Source: Octopus sinensis (taxonomy: Eukaryota). From it: DNA of 64,000 nt. The position numbers and the translations under genes were made by a program. Numbering within the stretch: the stretch's first letter is position 1; each line of letters begins with the position of its first letter. The notes under the pieces are model-generated. The model made no database searches. It saw only the letters and a list, made by a program, of their open reading frames with translations, and was not told where the DNA came from. Shown here in pieces: positions 1-10,965 of the stretch. The stretch lies in contig NC_043000.1 of the NCBI RefSeq assembly GCF_006345805.1, positions 30,442,001 through 30,506,000 on the forward strand, written 5' to 3'.

Positions 1-1428
1 TATTGAAATAATAAATAATAATTGATGAAGTCAAATGGTGTTCATCGATATGTCTCCATCTTCTGCCTTCTTTATATATATAATAAAGATTAAGTAGGAT
101 CTGTATTATAGCGGACTTGTATGGACAAACAGTAAGTAGTAAATTTAAATAACTACAGTTGGAAAAAGAGCATCAAAAGCTCTGAACGCTTGACACAAGC
201 AAACTTCAGGAGCTCGTCAGGAGAGAATGCGCTCTCTTTCGGAGCCTTCTTCTGGGCGGCTTCAAGCAGACTGGTTCTCTTCTGATGTAAGACCCTACCT
301 ACAGGATCGACTGGTTAGTATTCGAACGTATGTCCTTCATCTCAGGATCTTCCTTTAAAAAGTAGAATGAGATTCGAGGGTGATGCTAACAGGCCGATAA
401 ACCACGTAGCAGTTCCATACTTTTCTCGTTTATTTTCATTGGTAAGTATAGGATTCACCGTTGTCGCCTCATTTCGCGTCCTTCCTCTTCTGAGCTTTAA
501 AACACACCGGCCCTCCTCACTGTTGTGATGTATTGCCCACTAGATCGACCGAACTAGCATGTAACCATAGATATTCGAACATACGTCCATCCCGTAATCA
601 TTAGCTTCATTTTATACGTGACAAGAGAGGGTGACGTTCGAGTGAGATTTCCTTGTTATTTTTAGCTGTCAAGTAAAGCTCCTAACAGCACCATATTGTT
701 CTTACTTCATTTTAATTCTTAAGTATACATTTTCCAGATAAATACAGATTAATTGGGACGCGTAATATAGGAGAGACGGATACACAGTAAATTGTACATT
801 CAAATAACTGCAGTCGGAAGAATATGACAATGGTTCCATTAAAATGTCAAATTGTTGTTAATCTGTGACTAATTTATCTTTATGTTCTGTGGTACTTTGG
901 CCCCACAATGATCTATTTCGACACTTTTCTATAATTTTTCCCTTTCATTTTGGCAATTCAAAATGGCTTCTTTTGATATTTCTTCTTCATACAATAGATC
1001 CTAACAATAGCTTAACATATTTCGGGAGTATTGTTAAATGTCAAATTGAAATTAATTTCACAATAATTGTTTCACTGTTTTCAATATATACTTCCTTTAA
1101 TGTTGAAAGACAAAATTAAGCACATATCGCTACAATAAATAAATATATATCATTGAGTATAGATCAAACACACGTCTCTATATTCACGGATTAAAACATT
1201 TTTTTTTTCACCATTAACACACAGACAAATATACATTCAAACATGTATCTATATAAAATCAATATATTAGTATCTCTATATACACGTGTACGTGAGTGAT
1301 TGCGTCGCTATTCACAGACTGGCAACCGGAAACTTAGATGCAGATCTCACGTGAACAATTCGAGGTCAGGTTTGCAATAATAGAAATAAAATAATATATA
1401 AACGTAGCATCGAAAACAAATACAGCAA

Positions 1429-1510
<82 letters not shown>

Positions 1511-1657
1511 TTGCCGTTTATGGTTCATTGTATAAAGATCAGTGTAGTGATTTAGAGTTAAAACAACAGGATGTGCATTAGAAATTAATCGGTAGTATTA
1601 CACACTCAGACACACACACTATCATATTCACACATGCACACATACGCATTCTCCCCC

Positions 1658-1693
<36 letters not shown>

Positions 1694-1783
1694 CACAAGC
1701 ATACATCCTTACAACATATCATAGAGAATAGGTTTATAAATATACACACATGCATACATAGATAAGTACACACATACGCATAC

Positions 1784-1838
<55 letters not shown>

Positions 1839-2065
1839 TTCTATCATTGCAGGTGTTTCTAACACTAATCAAATTTAGTAACAATTGTAGATTTCCTTTT
1901 TGGTAAACATTGCATACTGTTGTCTATATTAATTTGTATCTGTGTAGGGGAGGTTGATTGGGCGTATACACGTATATATACGTACACATAATTGTGTATG
2001 AATTAATATATATTTAGAAACATAATAAAATGATATGCACACATACATTAACATACATACACACA

Positions 2066-2113
<48 letters not shown>

Positions 2114-2116
<3 letters not shown>

Positions 2117-2480
2117 TTTATAATTAGGGTTCAGCAAAGATTTGCTTCACCACACACTGAAGTTTAGAAATAGCAGTCAAAAAATCTTAGCTATTCTTTC
2201 TACTTTAAAAGGGACTCCCAGAAAAGTACTTGAAAACAATCCATGCGTGGATTGTTTTCCAGTACTTTGGTTTTTTCTGGGAGTCCCTTTTAAAGTAGAA
2301 GGAATAGCTAAGATTTTTTGACTGCTATTTCTAAACTTCAGTATGTGGTGAAGCAAATCTTTGCTGAAACCTAATTATAAAGTATTACTTGAGCTTACCA
2401 TGAAATGTTCTTTTTCATGCCGAATTCTACTTGGTGAAATTATTAATTACTTCTTAATTAATTAATTTTACCCTTTGTTA
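2114..2480 (+). mobile_element. Fold-back (inverted) PLE pseudo-LTR relic between (TA)n tracts
   Basis: 2114-~2243 is the reverse complement of ~2248-2384. The right arm continues ~95 nt further. Shares the CTGCTATTTCTA / CAGTATG / CTTGGTGAAATT...TTTTACCC motifs with the HHR-bearing repeats at 8300-8473 and 59358-59554. Confidence 0.7.
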
Positions 2481-3291
2481 TTATATATATATATATATAC
2501 ACACACACATTAAACCATTTTATGAACAAACTCAGCCGTTAGCTGAGTGTTAGGGTTTCGCAGCCGCCTACTAGCAACTTTGCTTTTCTATCGTACATTG
2601 GTAAGTCACCAAACCGTTGCCCTTACAGCTTTACTGCGTTCGAAATTTATATTTATACATACATACAAACATACATACATACATACATACATACATACAT
2701 ACATACATACATACATACATACATACATACATGCATCACTTGATGTTGATGACGTTAAGAAAATGATGGTGGTCACGAAGATGGAGGTTGCTGTAATGCT
2801 GTTGGACGAAGTTCGTAAATCTCAATGCGGTTGCTGTGGTGTTCTCACTGGAACTGGCTGTGTCTGCGTGGACTGTGGCTTGACCTCGAAAGATCAGGAA
2901 TCATCACTTGACAACCGATGTCGGTGTGTTTATATATACATTTGTTTGCTTGTTATCAGTCGTAAGACACTTGTTGTTTTCACCGTTAATGCTTCTGTAT
3001 TTCATGTTTCTGTATTCCATTATTGTTTTTTGTTTTTTTTATATCTGTCCCTTTTGCTGTGCTGGTGTTCGTATGCATTCGATCCTTCTTCCAGGAAATC
3101 TACGCTTCCAGCTTAGTTTTTCTTGGCGGGCTGGCCGTGATCTAGTAATCTCAAGATTAATCAGCCGAAATTACTACGATGATCCGGTTCTTGACTGAAG
3201 ACTGAGGGGTTCGAATGTCCTGTCCATGTTTATTGTATCGTCTTCTATGAGTTATACGTTCTGTCCATGTTGTATTTTTCTACATACCTTA

Positions 3292-3322
<31 letters not shown>

Positions 3323-3429
3323 ATATATAATATATATATATATAATATATATATATATATAATTTATTATTTAACGCAACGCATCCATTTCCGAGTAAGT
3401 TTGTCTTCACCTTTTTGATTCCACTCTCT

Positions 3430-3492
3430 ACTCCGTACTGTTTTCGTTCTCCGACTTTCTCTAATTCCCTTTTCTACCCTCCCTCCTTCAAC

Positions 3493-3539
<47 letters not shown>

Positions 3540-3680
3540 CTTCCCTTTTTATCTGTTCCTCTCACTCATTCTCTCGTTGCTTACACGTAACCGTCGTCCA
3601 CCTTTCTTTTCCTCACATGACCTTATTTCTATTCCTGCACGGACGTTTAAACAAGCGGACGTGTTTTTCTTTTTCTCTCT
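3430..3680. repeat. CT-rich interspersed repeat (second copy inverted at ~32830-33030)
   Basis: CTCTCGTTGCTTACACG...CGTCCACCTTTCTTTTCCTCACATG matches the reverse complement of 32905-32960. Confidence 0.5.
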
Positions 3681-4018
3681 TCTATCTTTTCATTTTGGGA
3701 AAATGTTTTTCCCAACGTTCAATGTTTGTTTTCGGTCGGTTTCCTCCTATGTCTCCACTGTCATTTTTTTGTTACCAAATTTGACCCTCCGTATATCCTA
3801 AATTGTATTTCAGAATTTATGGAAGCAACTGTCTTTAAAGACACATGTTGTCGTTGAATGCTTGAACTGAGGAGTAGACAGACAGTCGACAACTGATGAA
3901 TGGTCATTTCTATGTTTTCTGTTTTTTCTCGTTTACGTATTTCAGTACTTTTCTCTGGTATGTTTGTGTATTTCATGATATTTGCAACGTTGGTGACGTC
4001 CTATACCTATATATGCAA

Positions 4019-4089
<71 letters not shown>

Positions 4090-4196
4090 CGAATATATGT
4101 ATTTTTATCAATATTTATTAATATTAAGCAGAAGTAAGAGGAGGAGTTAAAATCTGAGAGCTTCGTGCGTTGGCCCTTATCAACGCACGAAGTTAT

Positions 4197-4299
4197 TGTA
4201 TCGGTTTCCTTTTGTTGAACGGCTAAGTTACGTGGACATAAACACACCAGCAACGGTTGTGAAGCGATATTGCGGGGTCAAACACAGACACAAACATAT

Positions 4300-4357
<58 letters not shown>

Positions 4358-4518
4358 ATACGATAGGCTTCTTTCAGTTTCCATCTATCAAATTCATTCA
4401 CAAGTTTTTGGTCCTCCCGAGGCTTTACTAGAAGACCCTTACCGAAGTTGCCATGCAGTGGGGATTGAACCCGGAACCATGTACTTGGTAAGCAGACTAC
4501 TTAACACACAGCCACTCT
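4197..4518 (-). mobile_element. tRNA-derived SINE, family C (diverged)
   Basis: Homologous to 48387-48790 (GGAACCATGT.., CACACAGCCAC, CTTCTTTCAGTTTCC). Confidence 0.75.
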
Positions 4519-5030
4519 TATATACATATATCCATATATATATATATATATATACATGAAATAATGTATATATATGAAATAATGCATTAAAATTAACCAA
4601 ACTTGGTAAAAAATATATTTATTGCTACATTAATCATTCTCATTGTTTACCATTCCCGATACCATCGAAAGACAAATATATTATCCTAATTACTCTCACA
4701 TGCCTATATTTGTCCATAAAATCTCTCCTACATTTTCATTCTTTCATGCAAGTTAGAAATATATATTTTATTAAAGAGTTTATATTTTACGCATATTAGA
4801 TGCAGTGAAAAAAAGCGATTCCGGTTTATGATATCTATTAATCAACTTACCGCATCGCGTTTTTATAGAACAAATATTTATTGACATATAACAATCAATT
4901 TTCGCAACTTTTCATTTCCCAAAAAATGTTCTTTTACTATATTTCCTTATTCTTAGGAAATCCAATGTTGTGTGTATATTGTCCGTCCGTGTGCGTGTGT
5001 GTGACCTTTTCTGTCTGTCTGCCTATCTAC

Positions 5031-5111
<81 letters not shown>

Positions 5112-5179
5112 TTGTATCTACACACGCACGCGCCCACACACATATACACACATATAGAATATATTTAATATGTATGTGT

Positions 5180-5210
<31 letters not shown>

Positions 5211-5327
5211 ATGTGTGTGTGTGTGTGTAAATACATGTATACATAACAATTGCAGCGTGGAAGGTGTTTGTAAGCCATTTAAGAAACACACAAAAGCCGT
5301 TCGATTCACTTCAGCATTTAAGTTTAA

Positions 5328-5378
5328 TTTGTCAAAATATTTTCGTCGCTTTAAGACCGGGACTTGTTTACTGACAAA
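5328..5378 (-). ncRNA. Degenerate type-I hammerhead motif with G3/C8 core
   Basis: Minus strand reads UUUGUCA-GUAAACA-AGUC..CGAC-GAA-A-AUAU-U-U-UGACAAA: 7-bp stem I, palindromic stem III (AAUAUU). The core deviates from CUGANGA. Confidence 0.5.
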
Positions 5379-5409
5379 AGTCCGTGCTATATATATATAT
5401 CTATGTATA

Positions 5410-6666
5410 TGTAGCGACCGTGTGATGAGGTGAGGAGAATGGTTTCTTTATAATATTGCACAGTCCCTGCAAATTGGTAACCCCGACTCAGGACACGCAT
5501 TCATTTCCCTACTTCAGTGCTAGCTTCCATTTTACTTTAACGACCAACCATTCTTTCTAATTTCATCTCTTAGCTACAAATATATTTTCCTTTTATCGTC
5601 TATTTTGTTTCCAACAAAATGACTCGTGAGTGGCTATATTTAGCGCAGACTCTATATATACGTGCACTCGAACGTAGCAGGGATCAACTGGCCTTCGGTC
5701 GTTGTTTGTATCCATTTTGTCCACTACTCTGGTTGGTATTGGCGCAGGTGGTCTCCTAATCTGTTGTACCAACTGACCGCAGATATCCAGTCAGAGACTT
5801 TAGACAGCATCATGTGAACAACCTTTTCCGAATCCTATTTCGAGCATACTACTTTATATAAAAAAAAACCAGCTTATTCCTGAATACACGTCTTTGGTTC
5901 CTGATATTTCGAGGTCAAGCCACTGTCCACGCAGACACAGCCAGTTCCAGTGAGAACACCACAGCAACCGCATTGAGATTTACGAACTTCGTCCAACAGC
6001 ATTACAGCAACCTCCATCTTCGTGACCACCATCATTTTCTTAACGTCGTCAACATCATCTCTGTACGTACACAGCTCAGTAAGCAGCTCGCTCAGGTTCC
6101 AACACTTTTCTGTTCGTGAATTACTTCACCATGGATCAACAGCGAATATACAACCTGCAAAACCTCCTGTACCAGGTGACCCAGGCAGCAGCATCACAGC
6201 CACAACTTCAAGTATGACATGCACCTGCAACCAACTCAGCATCATGACCGCGATTTCGTGATACAGTATTTCAACTAGCGTGTACTAATGACTATAGACT
6301 GGTATTAATTATCTGACTTGTGTCTATGAACTTCTCACTTCGATAGCTATAGGCTTTTCACTGTCTCCTTCTTTATTGCCATTCTCATATATCCTTCACA
6401 CGCGCATACATCTGTGCTTATGCACACACACATACATTTAGTTCTCATGACGGCCTGTCTATCATTCTCTATACATGACGCACACACAGACTCACATGCT
6501 ATTTTATCAATAAATTTTCTCTTAATCATTCTACGAGGTCGTGTCTCTTTTTCTTTCCCTTTCGCACTTCTATGAAGTATTCAAATTTATATTTATTGTA
6601 TCAACCGTGTGATGTACTAAACAGCCATTCTCGTCAATTCGCATCCCATGATCCTCTAAACGCACA
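5410..6666 (+). mobile_element. Possible solo LTR / unclassified repeat
   Basis: GC-richer block between microsatellites. Starts TGTAGCG, ends CGCACA, has TATA-like motifs and AATAAA near 6509. No TSD or internal domains seen. Confidence 0.3.
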
Positions 6667-7022
6667 CACATATATATATGTATATATATGCATGTATATA
6701 TATGCATATATACATGTATATGTATATGTATATGTATGTGTGTGTGTAGAAGGTTGAAAGGAACACACGAGTAGATATGTATGGGAAAACTTTTTTCCAT
6801 ATATATATATATATATATATAAAATTATTACATTATATAAAAGGGCTTAGTAAAATAAATTACTTTGCCGCATACTGAACTCATTAGAAATAGCAGCTAA
6901 AAAAACATTTATAAAACTATTTCTAATACTTAAAGAAAACCTCTCTCATATAGTGTTTGCTCAATTCAACTCACGGAAGTATGGAGGGTAGAGACATTAA
7001 AAAATCAGATGCAAAGGTTATT

Positions 7023-7076
7023 TGAGAACGTACGTTTCAAGATTAGTCAAAACTCGACATTTCTATCATCAGCTCA
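7023..7076 (-). ncRNA. Type-I hammerhead ribozyme
   Basis: UGAG-CUGAUGA-stem II-GAA-ACGUACGU-U-CUCA; intact core, GUU cleavage triplet. Confidence 0.8.
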
Positions 7077-7582
7077 GAACTCCCTGGTTTGGATTTGAAA
7101 ACACTGAAAGTGGGAGCATACTCCTTCGGCTTCCTATCGCTTTTGAAGATCCGCTCGTAACTAACAGTGCCAACAAACCCAAATATGCAAGCGAAGAATT
7201 TCTGCTCTCCCCTTTCCACCAGCGTGGGTTAAAATCAGCAAACACTATGCTTTTTTCGGTAAAATCCGAGGCATTAAATAGAGAGAGATGAATTATAATT
7301 TCAACAATTGAGGGTAAAATTAATTAATTAATCAATTTCACCAAGTGTTCAGTATGCAAAGGGACCATTTAAGGCGAATTCAAATTATTACATTATATAA
7401 AAGGGCTTAGTAAAATAAATTACGTTGCCGCATACTGAACTCATTAGAAATAGCAGCTAAAAAAACATTTATAAAACTATTTCTAATACTTAAAGAAAAC
7501 CTCTCTCATATAGTGTTTGCTCAATTCAACTCACGGAAGTATGGGGGGTAGAGACATTAAAAAATCAGATGCAAAGGTTATT

Positions 7583-7636
7583 TGAGAACGTACGTTTCAA
7601 GATTAGTCAAAACTCGACATTTCTATCATCAGCTCA
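7583..7636 (-). ncRNA. Type-I hammerhead ribozyme
   Basis: Identical to 7023-7076. Confidence 0.8.
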
Positions 7637-8151
7637 GAACTCCCTGGTTTGGATTTGAAAACACTGAAAGTGGGAGCATACTCCTTCGGCCTCCTATCGC
7701 TTTTGAAGATCCGCTCGTAACTAACAGTGCCAACAAACCCAAATATGCAAGCGAAGAATTTCTGCTCTCCCCTTTCCACCAGCGTGGGTTAAAATCAGCA
7801 AACACTATGCTTTTTTCGGTAAAATCCGAGGCATTTAAATAATTTGAATTCGCCTTAAATGGTCCCTTTGCATACTGAACACTTGGTGAAATTGATTAAT
7901 TAATTAATTTTACCCTCAATTGTTGAAATTATAATTCATCTCTCTCTATTTAAATGCCTCGGATTTTACCGAAAAAAGCATAGTGTTTGCTGATTTTAAC
8001 CCACGCTGGTGGAAAGGGGAGAGCAGAAATTCTTCGCTTGCATATTTGGGTTTGTTGGCACTGTTAGTTACGAGCGGATCTTCAAAAGCGATAGGAGGCC
8101 GAAGGAGTATGCTCCCACTTTCAGTGTTTTCAAATCCAAACCAGGGAGTTC

Positions 8152-8205
8152 TGAGCTGATGATAGAAATGTCGAGTTTTGACTAATCTTGAAACGTACGT
8201 TCTCA
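8152..8205 (+). ncRNA. Type-I hammerhead ribozyme
   Basis: TGAG CTGATGA(8156-62) TAGAAATGTCGAGTTTTGACTAATCTT GAAA(8190-93) CGTACG TT CTCA. Confidence 0.8.
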
Positions 8206-8483
8206 AATAACCTTTGCATCTGATTTTTTAATGTCTCTACCCCCCATACTTCCGTGAGTTGAATTGAGCAAACACTATATGAGAGAGGTTTTCTTAAGTA
8301 TTAGAAATAGTTTATAAATGTTTTTTAGCTGCTATTTCTAATGAGTTCAGTATGCGGCAAAGTAATTTATTTTACTAAGCCCTTTTATATAATGTAATAA
8401 TTTGAATTCGCCTTAAATGGTCCCTTTGCATACTGAACACTTGGTGAAATTGATTAATTAATTAATTTTACCCTCAATTGTTG

Positions 8484-8519
<36 letters not shown>

Positions 8520-8671
8520 CATGCATATGAGATTTATATATTCACACACATTCAGATGGATGAGCTCATAAAACTGCGCAGTGAAAAACACACGTTCATT
8601 AATGTGTGTATATATTTATAAATGTGTGTGTGTTTGCGTGTGTGTGTGTGTATGTGTGTGTGCATGTGTGT

Positions 8672-8713
<42 letters not shown>

Positions 8714-8716
<3 letters not shown>

Positions 8717-8990
8717 GGCGCATGGCTCAGTGGTTAGAGCGTCGAGCTTACGATCGTGAGGTTGTGAGGAGCTCGAATCCCAGACCGGGCTGTGTGTTGC
8801 GTTCTTGATCAAGACACTTTATTTCACGTTGCTCCAGTTCACTCAGCTGTAGAAATGAGTTCCGACGTCACGCGCGCCAAGCTGTATCGGCTCCTTTGCC
8901 TTTCCCTTGCATAACACTGGTGGTGTTTAGGGGGAAGGCCGGTATGCATGGACGACTGCTGGTCTTCCACAAACAACCTTGCCCGGACTT
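8714..8990 (+). mobile_element. tRNA-derived SINE, family A (CORE-like body)
   Basis: A-box TGGCTCAGTGG, B-box-like CTCGAATCC, then TTGATCAAGACACTTTATTTC..CTCCAGTTCACTCAGCTGTAGAAATG resembling the CORE domain. Confidence 0.8.
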
Positions 8991-9133
8991 CTGCCGGGCA
9001 AAGTTGTATATATATATTTATTTATTTGCATGTATACATATATATCCGTATTGAAATCTGCGCATTTAGAATTGTGTGCATATCCATAATGTCTACTCAT
9101 GTATATTTTCCATATTAATATTCACGCAAACGT

Positions 9134-9350
9134 AAGGCGACAAACGCGCAGAATCGTTAGCACGCCGGGCAACATGCTTTGCGGTATTTCGTCCATCTTT
9201 GCATTCTGAGATCAAATTCTGCCGCGGTGGAATTTTCCTTTGATCCTCTTGGGGTCGATAAAGTAAGTTCCAGTTGAGAACTGGGGTCGATAAAATAACT
9301 ACGAGTTAAGAGCTTACCTCAACTCAAAATTTCTAGCCTTGTACCAAAGT
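9134..9350 (+). mobile_element. SINE family B (diverged)
   Basis: GCAGAATCGTTAGCACGCCGGGC..GGTATTTCGTC..GGGGTCGATAAA, homologous to 24930-25505. Confidence 0.75.
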
Positions 9351-9418
9351 TTGAAGCAAATATTTACACAAACACATGCATTCTAATAAACGTATAGAGT
9401 ATATGTGGAAAATTATGT

Positions 9419-9730
9419 GAAGTCGCATGGCTCAGGGGTTAGAGCGTCGATCTTACGATCGTGAAGTCGTGAGTTCGATTCCCGGACCGGGCTGCGTGTT
9501 GTGTTCTGGAGCAAGACACTTTATTTCGCGTTGCTCCAGTTCACTCAGCTGTAGAAATAAGTTGCGACGGCACTTGTGCCAAGCTGTATCGGCTTTTACC
9601 TTTCCCTTGTATAACATTGGTGGCGTGGTGAGGGGAGGCTGGTATCATGGGTGACTACGGGTTTTCCATAAAGAACCTGCTCGAAATTTTACCTCGGAGG
9701 GGAATTTTCTAGGTGTAACCCCATCGCATT
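9419..9730 (+). mobile_element. tRNA-derived SINE, family A
   Basis: Second copy of 8714-8990 with B-box GAGTTCGATTCC. Confidence 0.8.
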
Positions 9731-9855
9731 TAATCTTCAAAATTATATTACATCTGCATATAACATACGGATATGCAGATGAATGCTGTCGTGCAATAAT
9801 TTACAAATAGATACAAATTTGTAAACTTCTGTTTGTATACACATATATGCTTATA

Positions 9856-10415
9856 CGCGGGTGAGTCAAAACGTAATGCCATTTTGTTTAGCACAAGTAT
9901 AATTACTAACACAGGAACGTGTATCATACATCAAAATGAAGCTGGTCCGCTGTGGATCACATCACCACTTCTCAACATAGTCACCGTTTCTCTCAATAAT
10001 TATGTTCCACCTTCAAATGAGAGCATGTATCCCTGCCCCGTAAAATTCTGTTGACTGTTCTTTGAGCCACTTCTCCACTACTGTTTTCACTTCCTCATCA
10101 ATTTAGCGCCTTCAGACTATCATCTCTTCGGCCCCATGAAAGAGGGTTTGAGAGTCAAGCATTATTCCAGTGTCGAGGAAGTGAAAACTGTAGTGAAGTA
10201 GTGGCTCAAAGAACAGTCAACATAATTTTATGGGGCAGGGATACATGCTCTCATCCGAAGGTGGAGCATTGCTATTGAGAGAAACAGTGACTATGTTGAG
10301 GAGTAGCGATGTGATCCACAGAGGACCAGCTTCATTTTGATGTATGATACATGTTCCTGTGGTTGTAATTATACCTGCCGTAAACAAAATAGCATTGCTT
10401 TTTGACTCACCCTCG
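9856..10415. mobile_element. Palindromic non-autonomous mariner derivative
   Basis: TA on both sides and ~245-bp inverted arms. The + strand encodes a mariner C-terminus (LAPSDYHLFGPMKEGL...RWSIAIERNSDYVEE*). Confidence 0.85.
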
Positions 10416-10965
10416 TACATACGGCGTATATATCCACATGCTGTACATATGCAGAGCCGCTTACGTACACAAATGGCAATCTAGAAGTGGGATATGCGCA
10501 TGTGCAAATATAGAATAGAACATACACGCTTACAAATTTGTAAAATGCAAATGATTGAAGGTAAACATGTCCAAATGTCCAAAGATTGTGTAACAATTAT
10601 GCAAATTCTTTTAGAAAGTGAACAAATACATCAAAATTTTGCAACATCCACGCAAACTTTTAAGAAGTGATAACATACAATGTGCAAAATTACACATTGA
10701 CAGAATTAGCGATTATCGCAAGATAATACGATTAAGGAATTGCAAAGTTTAAAATTGACAGTTTGTAAATTTTACAAGTACAGAGAAGTAAATAAAGGTG
10801 AAAATGAAATAGAATTACCAATTTTTATATATTTACAATCCTAAAATCATTAAGCTATAAAATGCATCGCCACTGAATCACACTTGCTGAAATGAACGAG
10901 GATATAGAGAAATCGAAGTGCAAATAGTGAGAAGTTAAGAAAGTTTAAAATTTACAAGTGATGCT

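Larger units (their letters stand above)
6822..8488. mobile_element. Tandem + inverted array of a 560-bp hammerhead-bearing non-coding monomer (retrozyme-like / non-autonomous PLE)
   Basis: 6822-7840 holds ~1.8 monomers on - (period 560: 7022/7582). 7838-8488 holds ~1.15 monomers on +. Copies are nearly identical, carry one HHR each, and the array is flanked by (TA)n on both sides. Confidence 0.85.

Noticed and set aside
175-246. Minus-strand CUGACGA followed by a good hairpin, with GAAA upstream
   Set aside because: No GAAA after the hairpin, and the permuted topology lacks complementary stem II strands.
3165-3290. CCGAAA..GACTGAAGA..CGAATG motif (also 48160-48215)
   Set aside because: Could not be folded into any hammerhead topology; kept only as an unclassified repeat.
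7022-8206. Three copies of an 86-89 aa ORF (MRTYVSRLVK...)
   Set aside because: Antisense to the ribozyme strand, non-ATG start, no recognisable motif; the identity simply reflects recent duplication.
8714-8790. tRNA-like sequences here and at 9419 and 48715-48790
   Set aside because: They continue into SINE bodies and lack a clean cloverleaf, so they are SINE heads rather than tRNA genes.
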